Assembly: GCA_051294905.1 (NCBI GenBank)
Contig: CM119371.1
Span: 29,886,001-29,950,000, forward strand
Origin: Botryllus schlosseri
Taxonomy: Eukaryota
Reading direction: 5' to 3'
Length of the DNA stretch: 64,000 nucleotides
Shown here: positions 48,941 through 61,140 of the stretch, piece after piece
Position numbering within the stretch: the stretch's first letter is position 1
Layout of the letters: each line of letters opens with the position of its first letter
The notes under the pieces: generated by a model
The model's input: only the letters and a program-made list of their open reading frames with translations
What the model was told of the DNA's origin: nothing
Database searches by the model: none
Translations under genes and position numbers: made by a program

Positions 48941-51086
48941 CCCAACGATTATTGAAGCTACGCCCGATTTACAGAATTGAGTCTACTAGGCTATATTCGC
49001 AATTGTGAGTGAGCGTGTCGTCCTGTGCATGTTACTTCGGGTCTGCAGACGCAGAAAGATCGTCGGCGATGAAACCTTTGCACGAAATGATAGACGCATC
49101 GACACCGAAATCTTCGGATTCATATGTCCAAAGCGCCGAATATATGAGCCCAGCGGTATGCAGAAGCGACCCGCAATATATGCATATGAAAGTGACATTA
49201 TTATTGACGGAATTCATTTAGTACATTTGAAAATTTTTCGCGCTTCGCGGGATTAGCACACTGACTTTTCATGATATAATGTTATCGATTTCTATGTTCA
49301 AATAGGCTATGTCCATTGTTTAAAAAAATGTCCATTAAGGGGTTGAGCGAAAACGCCTTGGTGGGAGTTCTCCCCCATCACGCCCTATACCAATTTCGCT
49401 GGCTACTCGGTAATCGGTAGCCCGTATCATTAACATTACCATGCCCTTATACTTTCTTTACCTAATCCTCTTATCCTTATCCTCTTAACATGATGATTTG
49501 GATAACTGTTGGAAAATGTTTTCATTCAAAAATTTAACTAACAAACCAATTAGGCTACTGATAATGAAAAATAAGGTCTCGGCAATATATGCTACCAATT
49601 GCAAATTATAGTATCCTATCATCAGCAGTCAGAAGGGTACCTATACCACCTTGATACCGTACAATAGGCTAATTATATTCAGGTACCGTGATACAGGGGA
49701 TATTTGACAGAGTTGTTCCTATCATTTCACTCGTAAAAGTGGTGAAAAGATATCCCGCAACTTTACTTTTTAATGGTCGACCAGGGTAACTTCGAATAAT
49801 GCTTGCAAAACTGGATTTGAAGCTGTCACTCTCATTGAAAATAAGTGAACATTTTCATAGTCGCTTTACTAATAATTTCTTAAGTATTTTCGTACTGTGT
49901 CCCAAGGGGTTGAAACCTCTCCACGGAATCCATTTCTCTATTATGCGCGATTTTTGGCCTAGACTCTATCGTTTGAAAACGAAATCAAATGAGATTTCTG
50001 CAGCTGCATGTCAGAAGCAAGTTTTAAGATATGTTGTCGTGTTTTGGAAATCCGCGGTTCTGATTTGATCTTAACGAGAACCGAAAATTAACTTTCACAA
50101 AGATAGGGGAGGCGAACTGAATAATGCGTAACGCTTTCTGACAACGGCTCTGGGACCTGGGTACGACCGCAGCAGGCATTATAGACTACACCAAATATGA
50201 TATTTCAATGAACAATTGAACATATCCCGTCCAGCCTATCGATTTCTACACACAGCTTATCTTGAAGTTCTTCTGGAATAGCGCAGTTTTTGCAGTTTAC
50301 AGTAGGCTATATAGCCTATTTACACAAAGAAAATTGAGAAATTTGAAATGAATTTGAACTCAAACCTGAGGGGTACCAGCTGCGGGAGCCTTTGACTGAC
50401 CAAACGGGTACCGCGAGGACAAAAAGTTTGAGAATTACTGGCGCGCGTAATTGGTGTCTTACAAAAGCTTATAAATATAAAACGAAAGTTTTTGGACTGT
50501 GCGCACTGCGCAGTGTGCACTGTGCAGTAATGTGCTACAAATCGGCAGATCACGAGCCTGGTGTAAATGACTATAGTGAAACACCATGAAAATCCAAACA
50601 ACAGCATGCAATAACAACAACAACTACTACTACTACACAACTGCTAATCCCCAAGCGATGTCTACGGTATTCACAGCTACCTAACAGTATCGCGATCAGC
50701 TAAATAGCTTTTGCACATGTTTGATTGAAAGTATGTCGACCGAGATATTGTCATTTAACTATACTCGTCGTGTTGATGTTCAGCAGCTAAAGAAAAATCG
50801 CACGTTGTAGGTAGATATAGGGATTGAATTTCAGCCAATCTAATTGGAATAAGAATTACCTTTGGGCTTCGAATTTGCATTCGCATCAATGACTATAGGC
50901 CTAGTCTTTGATGAAATGCCGGAATCCTTTGAAAACAACTAGCCTATATTATATGTTGAGGGAATTCCATACCAAATACCAAGTTTATGTAACACCAAAC
51001 GATGATCCAATGAGAAACTATAGAAGGCAGGTGTAGCCAAACGTTTTAGCTCGAGAGTCGCATTCGACATCGGAATCCATATAGTC

Positions 51087-52142
51087 CTGAGGTCTCAAAC
51101 ACGCGGCCCGCCAGAGCATTTTGTGCGGCCCGCGACGACATTTTAGATTTTTACAAATTTGACAATATATAAATGTCAAATATATCTTTTCAGGTTATAA
51201 AGTGTAAATTCCCTCTAAAATTGCTCTGAAAGCCTGAAACTATTCATCAAACTTCACTATCACATCAATTGCAAACGCTACCATGCAGTGGAAGATTCAC
51301 TATTTCGCCACATTTTCACTTCATGATGATAAAACCTGACCCTTAGACGATTCGTGACTGAAATTTGTGAGTTGGATTTGGACGCGACCTTTCTTAAAAT
51401 TACTTGAACTCGGGTTGACTCGATGGAAAAATGAAAATGACTCGAGTGGACTCGGAATGCCGTGAGTTTGTTGGAACCATGGACGCAACAAACTAATCGC
51501 GTGTCATGGGAATAAATAGATCAGAAGGTCGCAGTTTGGTATTTCGCTAACTAAGCAAGTAGTTATGGCAGCCAGTGGCAATTTTTTAGTTACATCTTCG
51601 GTCGCTTAGTCGCTGAACCATGTTATTAAGGCCACTTCAAGGTACCGCTCCTATTTTTTTCCGCTCCTATTTTCGAAGATATTTGACCATGCGATTAATA
51701 GCCTACTTATCAGGAGTATACCCGAATCCTGGATTGGAATTACACTGTCCAACCCAAAAATGTTGTGATATCAGATCAGTCTCTATTATCAATCTGATGA
51801 ATTGGAAATATCGAAAGGCGATAACTTTAATGATGACATCATACATTTGTCCGCTCATATTGTGTCTATATCTTATAATTAATATATATCAAGTACAACA
51901 AGAATTTTATTTAAATAGTTTTAAATGTGATGATTTTTTTACTGCCAGGCCTATAAATTGATACTAGAGTAAATCACATTTTGACGATGTGTGTTTATTG
52001 TCAGCCTGTTGCCAGGACAATTCCATCCCGTCAAATAAGGCCTACTTGGAAAGACATATAATACCCCTATATATGCTGCGGCCCGTGGCGTCGTCAAAAT
52101 TGCAAAACTGGCCCGCGGGGACGTTTGAGTTTGAGACCTCTG
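51087..52142. mobile_element. hAT-type MITE
   Basis: TIRs CTGAGGTCTCAAAC / GTTTGAGACCTCTG; perfect TSD ATATAGTC. Confidence 0.88.
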
Positions 52143-55100
52143 ATATAGTCCATAGTAAAATCCACATTGGAAGCCGAAACGCTATCTTTTCTTTAATTAT
52201 ATTGTAACTGAAGACATGGAGATACATATATATACCAGGGATTGATAACCAGTCAGTCTAGATGTCCCTGATATATATAAAAGAAATGAAATATTGCTTC
52301 GATGAAAACGCAATTGGCAAAATTACCCTGCAGGTATAAACCGCTAAATCAGTGGCTTTAATAGCGACGACAGAAATTGTCATCTCTATTCCTCCTTTGC
52401 TTTAGTCGTAATGTGCGATTCGGTTCGCCTCGCGTATGCGTTGTGATATATAAAGCATAAACGATTCAACTGCACACGCGGACGTTGGAATTTGATTAAT
52501 TATTATTATATCACCACCCGGGGTTCTCTCGTGGCATGGGATCTTTTGAATCAGAAGTTATACAGGAGTGCGACCACGGATTCTTAATGAACTATATCAC
52601 ATTCTCCATGATGGAAACAGCATATAATGGTTCGCATTAGCGTTTTCGCTTCTGTGATTAACTATATGTTATGGTGTAGGCCTATTTTTCCATAAAACTC
52701 AAAATTCAGTGTGTATGTGCACGTTTTTGGCCTTTTCGGAATAAGGTGTCAATGTCACGAACTTTTTCCTAACGGTGACTAAAGTGAAACCGAAACACTG
52801 CCTTCAGATGTTTAAAATGTGTGCTGAACATTGAACATGTTCGAGATTTGCTGCATTGAGGGATTATTGAATGGAAGTAGTTTCTCTCTAAATCTCAACA
52901 TCTGATAGAAATGTGCTGGATAATCCAAGCATTTTGAAAATAACTCATGATTGCTTCGCGAGCCAGATGAAATCGTCTGCGGTGGGCCGAAAAGCCGAAA
53001 GCGTCCGCCGCAATCGCAAAGATACGAGGGCGAGATTTTTTTCATTGGCCGGCTTAGATGATAGGTAATAGTTACAAGCCATTCTGCTGTTACCTTGACA
53101 AGATTTAGTAAAGGGCGACGATCTGCGTTTTTGCGCATTTTCTGCAAGTCATGTCGCCGTCGAGGTGATTCGTTTCGTGGTGGAATATTAGTCCATCCTC
53201 AACATTACCGGACCACGACTGACCTATCGATCTCGCCTTCCATGACATGCCATCCCATTTCTTGCTACTTGCCTTTTTCTATATCTTCTTTACTTTCAGT
53301 CTGCATGCCTCCTCTTTACATCGCATAGGCCAAGGTGGGTGTCTGATTCAATAGACTACTCCAAGTCGCTTCGACACCTTCCTATCTTTTCTTTGTATCG
53401 CATTTTTGTGGTGCATTGAACCTATAAAATTGCTAATAAACCAATGATGATGATGATGATGGTGCCATTAGGGAAAATGGTTCCGTCGGTCCAGCTTTTG
53501 TTTAACATTTGGAATGCGTAGTGAGACAACTGCCGTATAGCCGTCATTGTAGACGTAGAAAAAGAAAGTATGTCGGGCGATCGCGAATATGGAGTACGAA
53601 GAAAGTTCAATATATACGCGGCCGCTGTGCTGATGATCGGCCCTGCCGTCAACGCGTTGCGAATATAAGCGAGCCAACAAGTGATGAAGGACGATGATCT
53701 ATACTAGGTGTAGCCTTCCGTATGCAGATTTAAGTTGTTGTAAAGCAGCGGTCGCCAACTCAAAACTGGTCGCGGGCCACTTTGCAAATTTAGTCGAGGC
53801 CGCGGGCCGCAAGAATGCAATATCGAGACAAAATATGCCACACTTTCAGCAATCAGATTTTTAAATCCGGATCAATGCAACGCTGTGTTCTCTAACATGG
53901 ACGTCGACGCGGGCATATAGTTACCACAAAATAAAGTAATATTTTATGAAAGGAATACAAATACAACAAAAATATAATGATCAACAAGTTCATTTTTTTT
54001 GAACTATGGGCTAATACCTGCTGACAACGACATTGGGGCTATATAGCGAGACAATTTACTATAGCTGAAATACTATATCCTCGTAAATGTTGATCTGATA
54101 AACGTTTTCTACGCGTCTCAGACTTTGCAGCAGTGTCATTGCACGTCAACGTCGTCAAGGCGGTATATGCCCACTGCTCACTCTTATCAGATGATTATGC
54201 CTCGATCGAATGTTGTTACCATCGCCGAAGCCGTTTCAGCAAGTGGGGGAATGGTGATGTTATAGGCACAAGAGAATAGCTTATTTTGAAGCCACAACAA
54301 CAACAGCAATATTTTGCAACTAGTCAATTTTAGCATTTTAAAATGACATACTCTGCGTTCTTCCGAAATCCGAAATCAGATCGCGCGCCGCAAAATATGA
54401 CCTCACGGGCAACATGCATGTGTGTATGAATATCGTGCGGTGCTAGAGACTACAGCAGCAGGTGTAAATTTCGCAAAACATCAGGGGCAAAAATTTAAAA
54501 AACACGTCCTATTCCTTTTTTCGAGACGCAAAAGTCATAACAACAAATATGATGCCGAAAAAGATGCCCAGATTTTGGAAAATAAACGAAACAGAAGCCC
54601 TGATGATGCTGGAAAACCTATTGATGGAAAAACTCAACAGACATGTCTGAATATAGAGAATAGTCAACTGCTGAAGCCTGGGCACAACAGAAAAATAGCT
54701 CAAGTAAATGTATATACATAATGTAATCTAACCCAAATATGATGCTACGTCAAATAAGACATGTATTTCGTAACAAAGACAGACGAGTCGAGAAGTCGAT
54801 TGCATTTTATTGTTATTATCTGATGTTAGGCTACTTCCTCCTTTCCTTCTCATTTTAGTTACATGTTCCATAGGCCAGGGGCCGGCAACCTTTCGTATGC
54901 AGCGTGACAAAATATGTCACTGTCAAAATATTACCAACTGGCGTGCCATGATCATCGTTTCAAGCGAGAAATCCCGCCAATCACTTTTCTAACGCTGACC
55001 ACAGCATCGGTTACGCCAGTGGTTACGAAAGTATTAGTCGCAAAGGATATATATATTTGGGTCGCTACCGCACCAGAGCTAATGTTTAATGTACGTAATA

Positions 55101-55375
55101 TATGTGCCAATCGCCAATTTCAATGATCCAGGGTTCTGTGAGTTTATAAATTTCCTGCAAGGAGCTCGTGATATATAGGAAAATGCTGGAAACCATCGAT
55201 GTAGGCCACGCATAGCACAGAATAAATAAAGTTGTATATGAAATATACTATGAAGGAGATACTGCAGTGATATCGACCTCACTGAATCAATTGTTTGGTA
55301 ATGAATCGTGTTGCATAGAACTGCGAAACGTACACTATATAGTTGTGCGCACCTTCTCTATTCTTTTCTGTGACG

Positions 55376-56700
55376 AGATATAGCGTAGCGGTCCACAGCT
55401 GCGACACCAATGCGTTGCGGGTTCGAGTCCGACCGAGGTCGACTCCAGAATATCTACCTAAGCGTTGGAGGTATAGCTAGGCCCATCCTCGCCATATTAT
55501 CAGTGTAAACGGTATCTTATATAAAGGCTAGAAGTGGGCCGTGCTACAAGTCAGCAGCTTTACGGGGCCCAGGCTCGATTCCGCGACGGAGGTTTTTACG
55601 GAAAGAGCTTGAAAGAGCGCACTTACAAGGAATGGAAAGAGACGAAGCATCTAAGACAGGGGCGGGCAACATACGGCCCGCGGGCCGGATCCGGCCCGCG
55701 AAGGGATTTTGTCCGGCCCGCGGACAGTTTTCCGTCATACATGATATAATGTGGCCCGCAGCCCCAGTCTGCCGAGATTCCCCACTACTTGCTTACTACG
55801 TCAAATTTTAGTGACTGTATGTTATTCTATACGTGTATCCGCAGCGTGCGAGAGTGGAGCTTACGCGAAGCGAGAAGACTCGCATTATCGGCATTTACGA
55901 TGTACTCAACTCTAATGTCGTTTGTGGTAATCATAGTGTTTGTCGAGTACAATGACCATTTACACCAGGCTGATATACCTTATTTTTGAATCCGTAACCG
56001 CCGACTTGTAGCACGGCACACTTCTAGACTTTCGTAAGACACCGCTTATGCCAGGGGTCGCCGACTCAAAACGGGTCGCGGGCCACTTTTCAAATTTCGT
56101 GGAGGATGCGGGTCGCATGAATTCAATATCGTGATTAATTAGGCCACACAGTTGAGCAACGACGCTCGTCACCTACTCAACCCTAATAATAAGCTGAGAT
56201 CTTGGTAAATTTGGGGTACCTGACTTATCGAACGCCTTGAAATAATTAGGGATTGCACTGTGTGTTGATTGATCAGTGAGAAGCAGACATGGCGGCGCCT
56301 GTATGACAATGTTATTCTCAAATCCACATTGTCTTCGCCATTATCGGCGAGAAATGGCTTTGAAGTGGCATTGCTGTCGTTAAAATATATTCATTAAATA
56401 CGATTTATTCTTTGTATATGTGGATAAATGGGCGAATAATGTATCGATTCAGCAATCCGGCCCGCCAAGTACTTAATTTTCCTATATCCGGCCCGCCGAG
56501 TGGAGAAGTTGCCCGCCCCTGATCTAAGAGAAGAACTGCGACATCTGTCACTATATGACGACGTGGCTGCCAGTTTAAGACACCGCAACTGCAACCGCAA
56601 CTATGGTCCTTCGGCATCCTCCTATCTGTTCATTACATCGCGTTGTGTCGTATCGCATTGTACATTGTGTGTGTCTTGGTCAGATAAAATATAATCTTAC
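55376..56700 (+). mobile_element. tRNA-derived SINE split by a MITE
   Basis: A box TAGCGTAGCGG and B box GGTTCGAGTCC at ~55381-55430; tail resumes after 56529 and matches the 48840-48940 tail. Confidence 0.65.
55657..56521. mobile_element. hAT-type MITE
   Basis: TIRs CAGGGGCGGGCAAC / GTTGCCCGCCCCTG; perfect TSD ATCTAAGA. Confidence 0.9.
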
Positions 56701-57531
56701 GATTATCTTATCTTAGGCTTACCATACGCCCGATCACAAAGTGGGAAAATTTCACCGGTTTTTGAGAATTCTACCCCGGTTTTGGAAGTTGCAAATTTCT
56801 GAAAAAGTGTCCTCTTTTTAGATTTCCAAAATATGCTAAGCCTATCTTATCTTATCTTAAAAATGAAAAAAACTTGGCCTGGTGTAAATGACCATAGTAG
56901 TCGACAAACACCATGAATACCACAGACAACAACAACAACCTTCTCAATTTCATACATGCACGTAAAACGTATAGGATACTAACATAAAAATGCATTTATT
57001 TCGATATGCGAGGGTTTTGACTACGTTTCAAGAAACTAGAGAAAATCGATTCGAATAAAATTGCACATATTGGTTTATAACAGTTGTTCTTATAACCGAT
57101 GTTCCACGAGCCTGTTTCAGGGGTTGCGTGGAAGTCAAGAAAGACGCGCGCTCAACTCATACGTATATGATTTGCAGTGATAAGCCCATTGGTCAGCATT
57201 GGTCGCAGGCAATTAGGCCCGATCGGTTGTCGAATTCTGGCAGTTTTGGCACCCGTCATGTGTAGTGGCGTACGCAATGGAGGTTGCCGTTCATAATCGA
57301 AACCCCGACAACCGACATTCTGAAATGCCGATTCTATCTATAGGCTCATTCGTAATTAAACCATTGGTATTACGTTGATGCGTTTCGAATAATACGATGA
57401 CACTTTCCAAGGTGAAGCCTCGTCTTTCTGAACTAGTACCTGAATGGAAACAACAGAAGCCACACTGATCTTCAATAAATAGGGCTATTCGTTATAATGT
57501 TTTTGTTTTGTGTGAAAATTATAGGTTAGTG

Positions 57532-59128
57532 CAGGGGTCGGCAACCTTTTGCTAGTCGCGGGCCAAACTTCGGGTGTACAACCTTTTGGCGGGCCGGATT
57601 CTTTCCTAGTACTATATTTTACGTTCACTTCGGTATATTATCGTACATTGCTGCAGTCTCAATCATACCAATCCGAAGACACATGTATTTACACTTCAAC
57701 GACGCAGAATAGGCCTAATTGTGACAATTGACGCAGCTTTGCTTTGTGAAAGGTTTTTAACTTCTGGTAACAAGTCAGATGAAACAAGAATCAGACCCTA
57801 TTCAAAATGGACGTCCGAAATACGTGATCTTAGCTTGCTCTTCGTGAATTTCATTGTTCAAAACTATTGTTCACATGCGTACGTGCTTCCAAAAATCGAT
57901 GCAATTTTTTTTGCATTGCTGGTCAAGCTGGGATAAAGACCAATTTCACGAACGCACTCTTTGTCAAAGTCATGCAGTCATGCTCTTGGTATAAAATTTG
58001 TCGTTCAATTCAACTGCATCGCATTTCAGAAAGGCCCATTTGAAATTTTCAGGCAATGGTTTTGCCGTCCACATTAAACAGAGTACTGAATAGTCAGAAT
58101 TCATTTTGTAGAGAAGGAATGTCGGAAAAGCGGGTGAATATTCAGTAGTTAAATTTTGTATCACAGTTACAAATGTAATGTTGGTACTAGGTTTTCTCTC
58201 CTCCAGTATAGGAAAGTGAGCATAATTTTTTTTGTACTGTTGACATTTCAAGAGTCACAGATTTGTTTTGAATGCCCCTCAACATCTCATGTATGTAGTT
58301 GTTTTCCCCCTGAAGTTGCAAGTTGAATTTGTTCAGATGTGACGTTAAATGTACCAGGAAAGCAAGATGAGACACCCATTTTCGATTACAAGATTACGAG
58401 TCGGCGATATTTGTATTTTCGAGGAAAGTTGCTATTTCATTTCCCAGTTCATACACTCGTGTAAGCATAGCTGCTCGACTCAATGAGCGAGCATGACAGA
58501 TATAGGCCTACATGACATCGCCATATTGATTCTCTGCTTCTAGTAATATCTGGCGTAACTGATTCAGTTGATGAGACAAAAATCATATCAACAGTTTTCC
58601 CCATTGTGGCCAAAACACTATTCAGGTTTTTTGTCTTGGCACACGATGCCTTCTGGAAAATCAAACCATAGACAGGCTAACTAACATACGGAGGCTAGTT
58701 ATCTATAATTGAATAGTTTGAGATTCCGTCATTGCGTCTCAGATGCTCCAAGCGTTTTTGAAGCAAAGGAAGAACACCTTTATTGTCACACGACTCACAC
58801 CCCGTTAGAGTGATTAGCCCTTTAAAAAAGCACGAAACACCTTCGGTTGCGAGATACACCCGATTGATAAGTACTGATCCAGTCTAGTCTATCTCCATCT
58901 CCTACTTCAACCACCTTTGTTTTATGGCGTAACAATAGACTAATACGATGTAGGCTACTATTATATCGTACAATGCCGCATTTTTTCATGCAGCGCTGCA
59001 CTGCAGATTGAAACTCATTATGAAGCGGCGGGCCGCATTCTTGTGATAACCAATTATTATGTCGCGGGCCGTACGATTTCGCTTGGCGGGCCGGATCCGG
59101 CCCGCGGGCCGTAGGTTGCCGACCCTTG
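57532..59128 (-). mobile_element. 1597-bp deleted hAT (Buster/SPIN-like) transposon, copy 2
   Basis: Apparently identical to 46852-48448 (same ORFs offset by 10680); own TSD GGTTAGTG. Confidence 0.93.
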
Positions 59129-59621
59129 GGTTAGTGGTTTCGTTATTTGAACACTCTGTTGATTCACACATTATTTTGTGCACCAGTATAATGTATTATA
59201 TATGCCTATAGTGAGATGTTTATCGTGGTAGATTTTCGTTTTATGAATTTGGGTTACATATTAGCGCAAGAGTTCCGCGGGTTATGAAGGTTAAGAAGCA
59301 CTGCATGGTTTACAAGTAGCCATAGACCGAATTCAGCCGTGGTGTAGTGTGTCGACTTGCTCAAAAAATAATTCGTGTCCCGGAGGCGTTATGATTTTCC
59401 ATTTTTAAGACTCTGTTTCACTTTTTGCAACCAGTATGGTTCCAACGAACCATTTGGGACAAATCTTCAGAATAACGTGAAGCATCATATTGTTAATTTA
59501 TTCGCTAAAAGCTTTTCGACTCAGTAGCGGACGTCAGTTGGCTAAGGGTGCATTTGGTTTGCTTCAAATGATTTCGTGTGCCATGAAATATCGTCTCGCG
59601 TGCATTTATCGCAATCTTGCG

Positions 59622-60032
59622 GGGAAGCGAGTGGCGCAATGTGCTCAGCGACGCGGTCACGACACCAATGGTTCTTGGTTCGAGTCTCGGCTCTACCATG
59701 TTTTGTTTCTATGTGTCGGAGGTTATCTGGGCTCCTCATCGCCGATCCCACTGTAACAGTGTGTTAAAAAGCCCAGACACAGAGCAAGCCACGCTTTCAT
59801 AAAGTCGGCAGCTGAGACCCGAAGACGGACGCATGCAAGAGAAAGAGTGAAAGAGTGAATGCGCTGAGTGAAAGTCGTCCAACGAAGCAATGCATGATGT
59901 TGAAGATACTGACTGTACGATGAGTCTGAACTGTACTATGAAACTGAACTGTACCTATATCTGTGTCGTGACGCACAAGGCCTAAACGGCGATAAGCGTC
60001 ACTGTAATACCCGTGTAATAATAATAATAATA
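59622..60032 (+). mobile_element. Full-length tRNA-derived SINE
   Basis: A box TGGCGCAATG, B box GGTTCGAGTC, (TAA)n tail, 14-bp TSD ATCGCAATCTTGCG. Confidence 0.9.
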
Positions 60033-60180
60033 ATCGCAATCTTGCGTGAAAGCATCTGAAGGGGGCGCGAAACTTCGGTCAACTAAACAAATTTTTCGCG
60101 ATTTACCTCCAATTCATAGTTATTGCTCTGTGTATAGTCCGAATTTCATAGTTGAGAATTCTCTCACCAACAGTCATAAC

Positions 60181-61140
60181 TAGGGCGGTTATTTTGACAT
60201 GTCAAAATTTGTCAAAGTTGTAGCGTTAGGTCAAAATTGTTCATTGAGTCAAAATTTTTTTGACGTCTGCATTTCGTTCGTATATTAGATTTTGCACTGT
60301 CGGTGAACGGCTATCTGTCTGCTACTGTCGGCTATATTTGATATTTCACAGCTTTCAGCCTGCTTTATAGGCCTACCGTTGTAAACGGCTTATTGTCTGC
60401 TCATTGTGAATCATAAATGGTCAAATAAAACAAATAGGTATACATGGTATTATGGTCAACGTACCGCAATATCCTAACTGAAGAAAGACTTCTTGGGCAT
60501 TGCATCATTCTTATATTGAGAAGCGCATGATGAAAAATTGTAATGTAGACAACATTTTCAGAATGAAGCAACAGGTGTGTCACCAGCAGTGTACGCACAA
60601 CTTGAGTGTTGTCAGCCAACAACTGCTGCTGTTGAACGTCCTTGGGAAGTTTCGTAGTAAGGACATGCACTTTCTACCCAAGAATGTAGGAAAGTATCTC
60701 TCGTTGTACTACAATTTTTTTAAATCATTTCTACCATGATACGTATTGTAAACACTGGAATTCTGCATAGAGCCAGATTTCATTAAAATAGATGTATTTT
60801 TTTTCATGTAAAAAGTTGCCTGTTTCTAAGCAAATTTTAATTATTTCTGCCAATCCACTATTGTGCGTGATGTAACTACAATAATTTTTCATAGGTTCAG
60901 ATTTCTTTAAAATGAAGTTTTTTTCATGTAAAAATTTGTTAGTTTTCGAGTCAACGAAAGTTTTTTCAGGCCAAACTACTTCGTTAGGACAGCCAGTTCC
61001 AACCAGAAATAAAGATAAGTGGTAAAATTTTAACATTATGTGGGAAGCACCTAATTTGCATACATTAGGTCAAAATTTGGTCAAAATTCAGTTTGTTTAG
61101 GTCACAATTTTCCTTTTTCAGGTCATAAAAACCCGCCCTA
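60181..61140. mobile_element. hAT-type element (TAGGG termini) nested in an older MITE
   Basis: TIRs TAGGGCGG / CCGCCCTA; perfect TSD GTCATAAC; GTCAAAA subterminal repeats. Confidence 0.85.
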
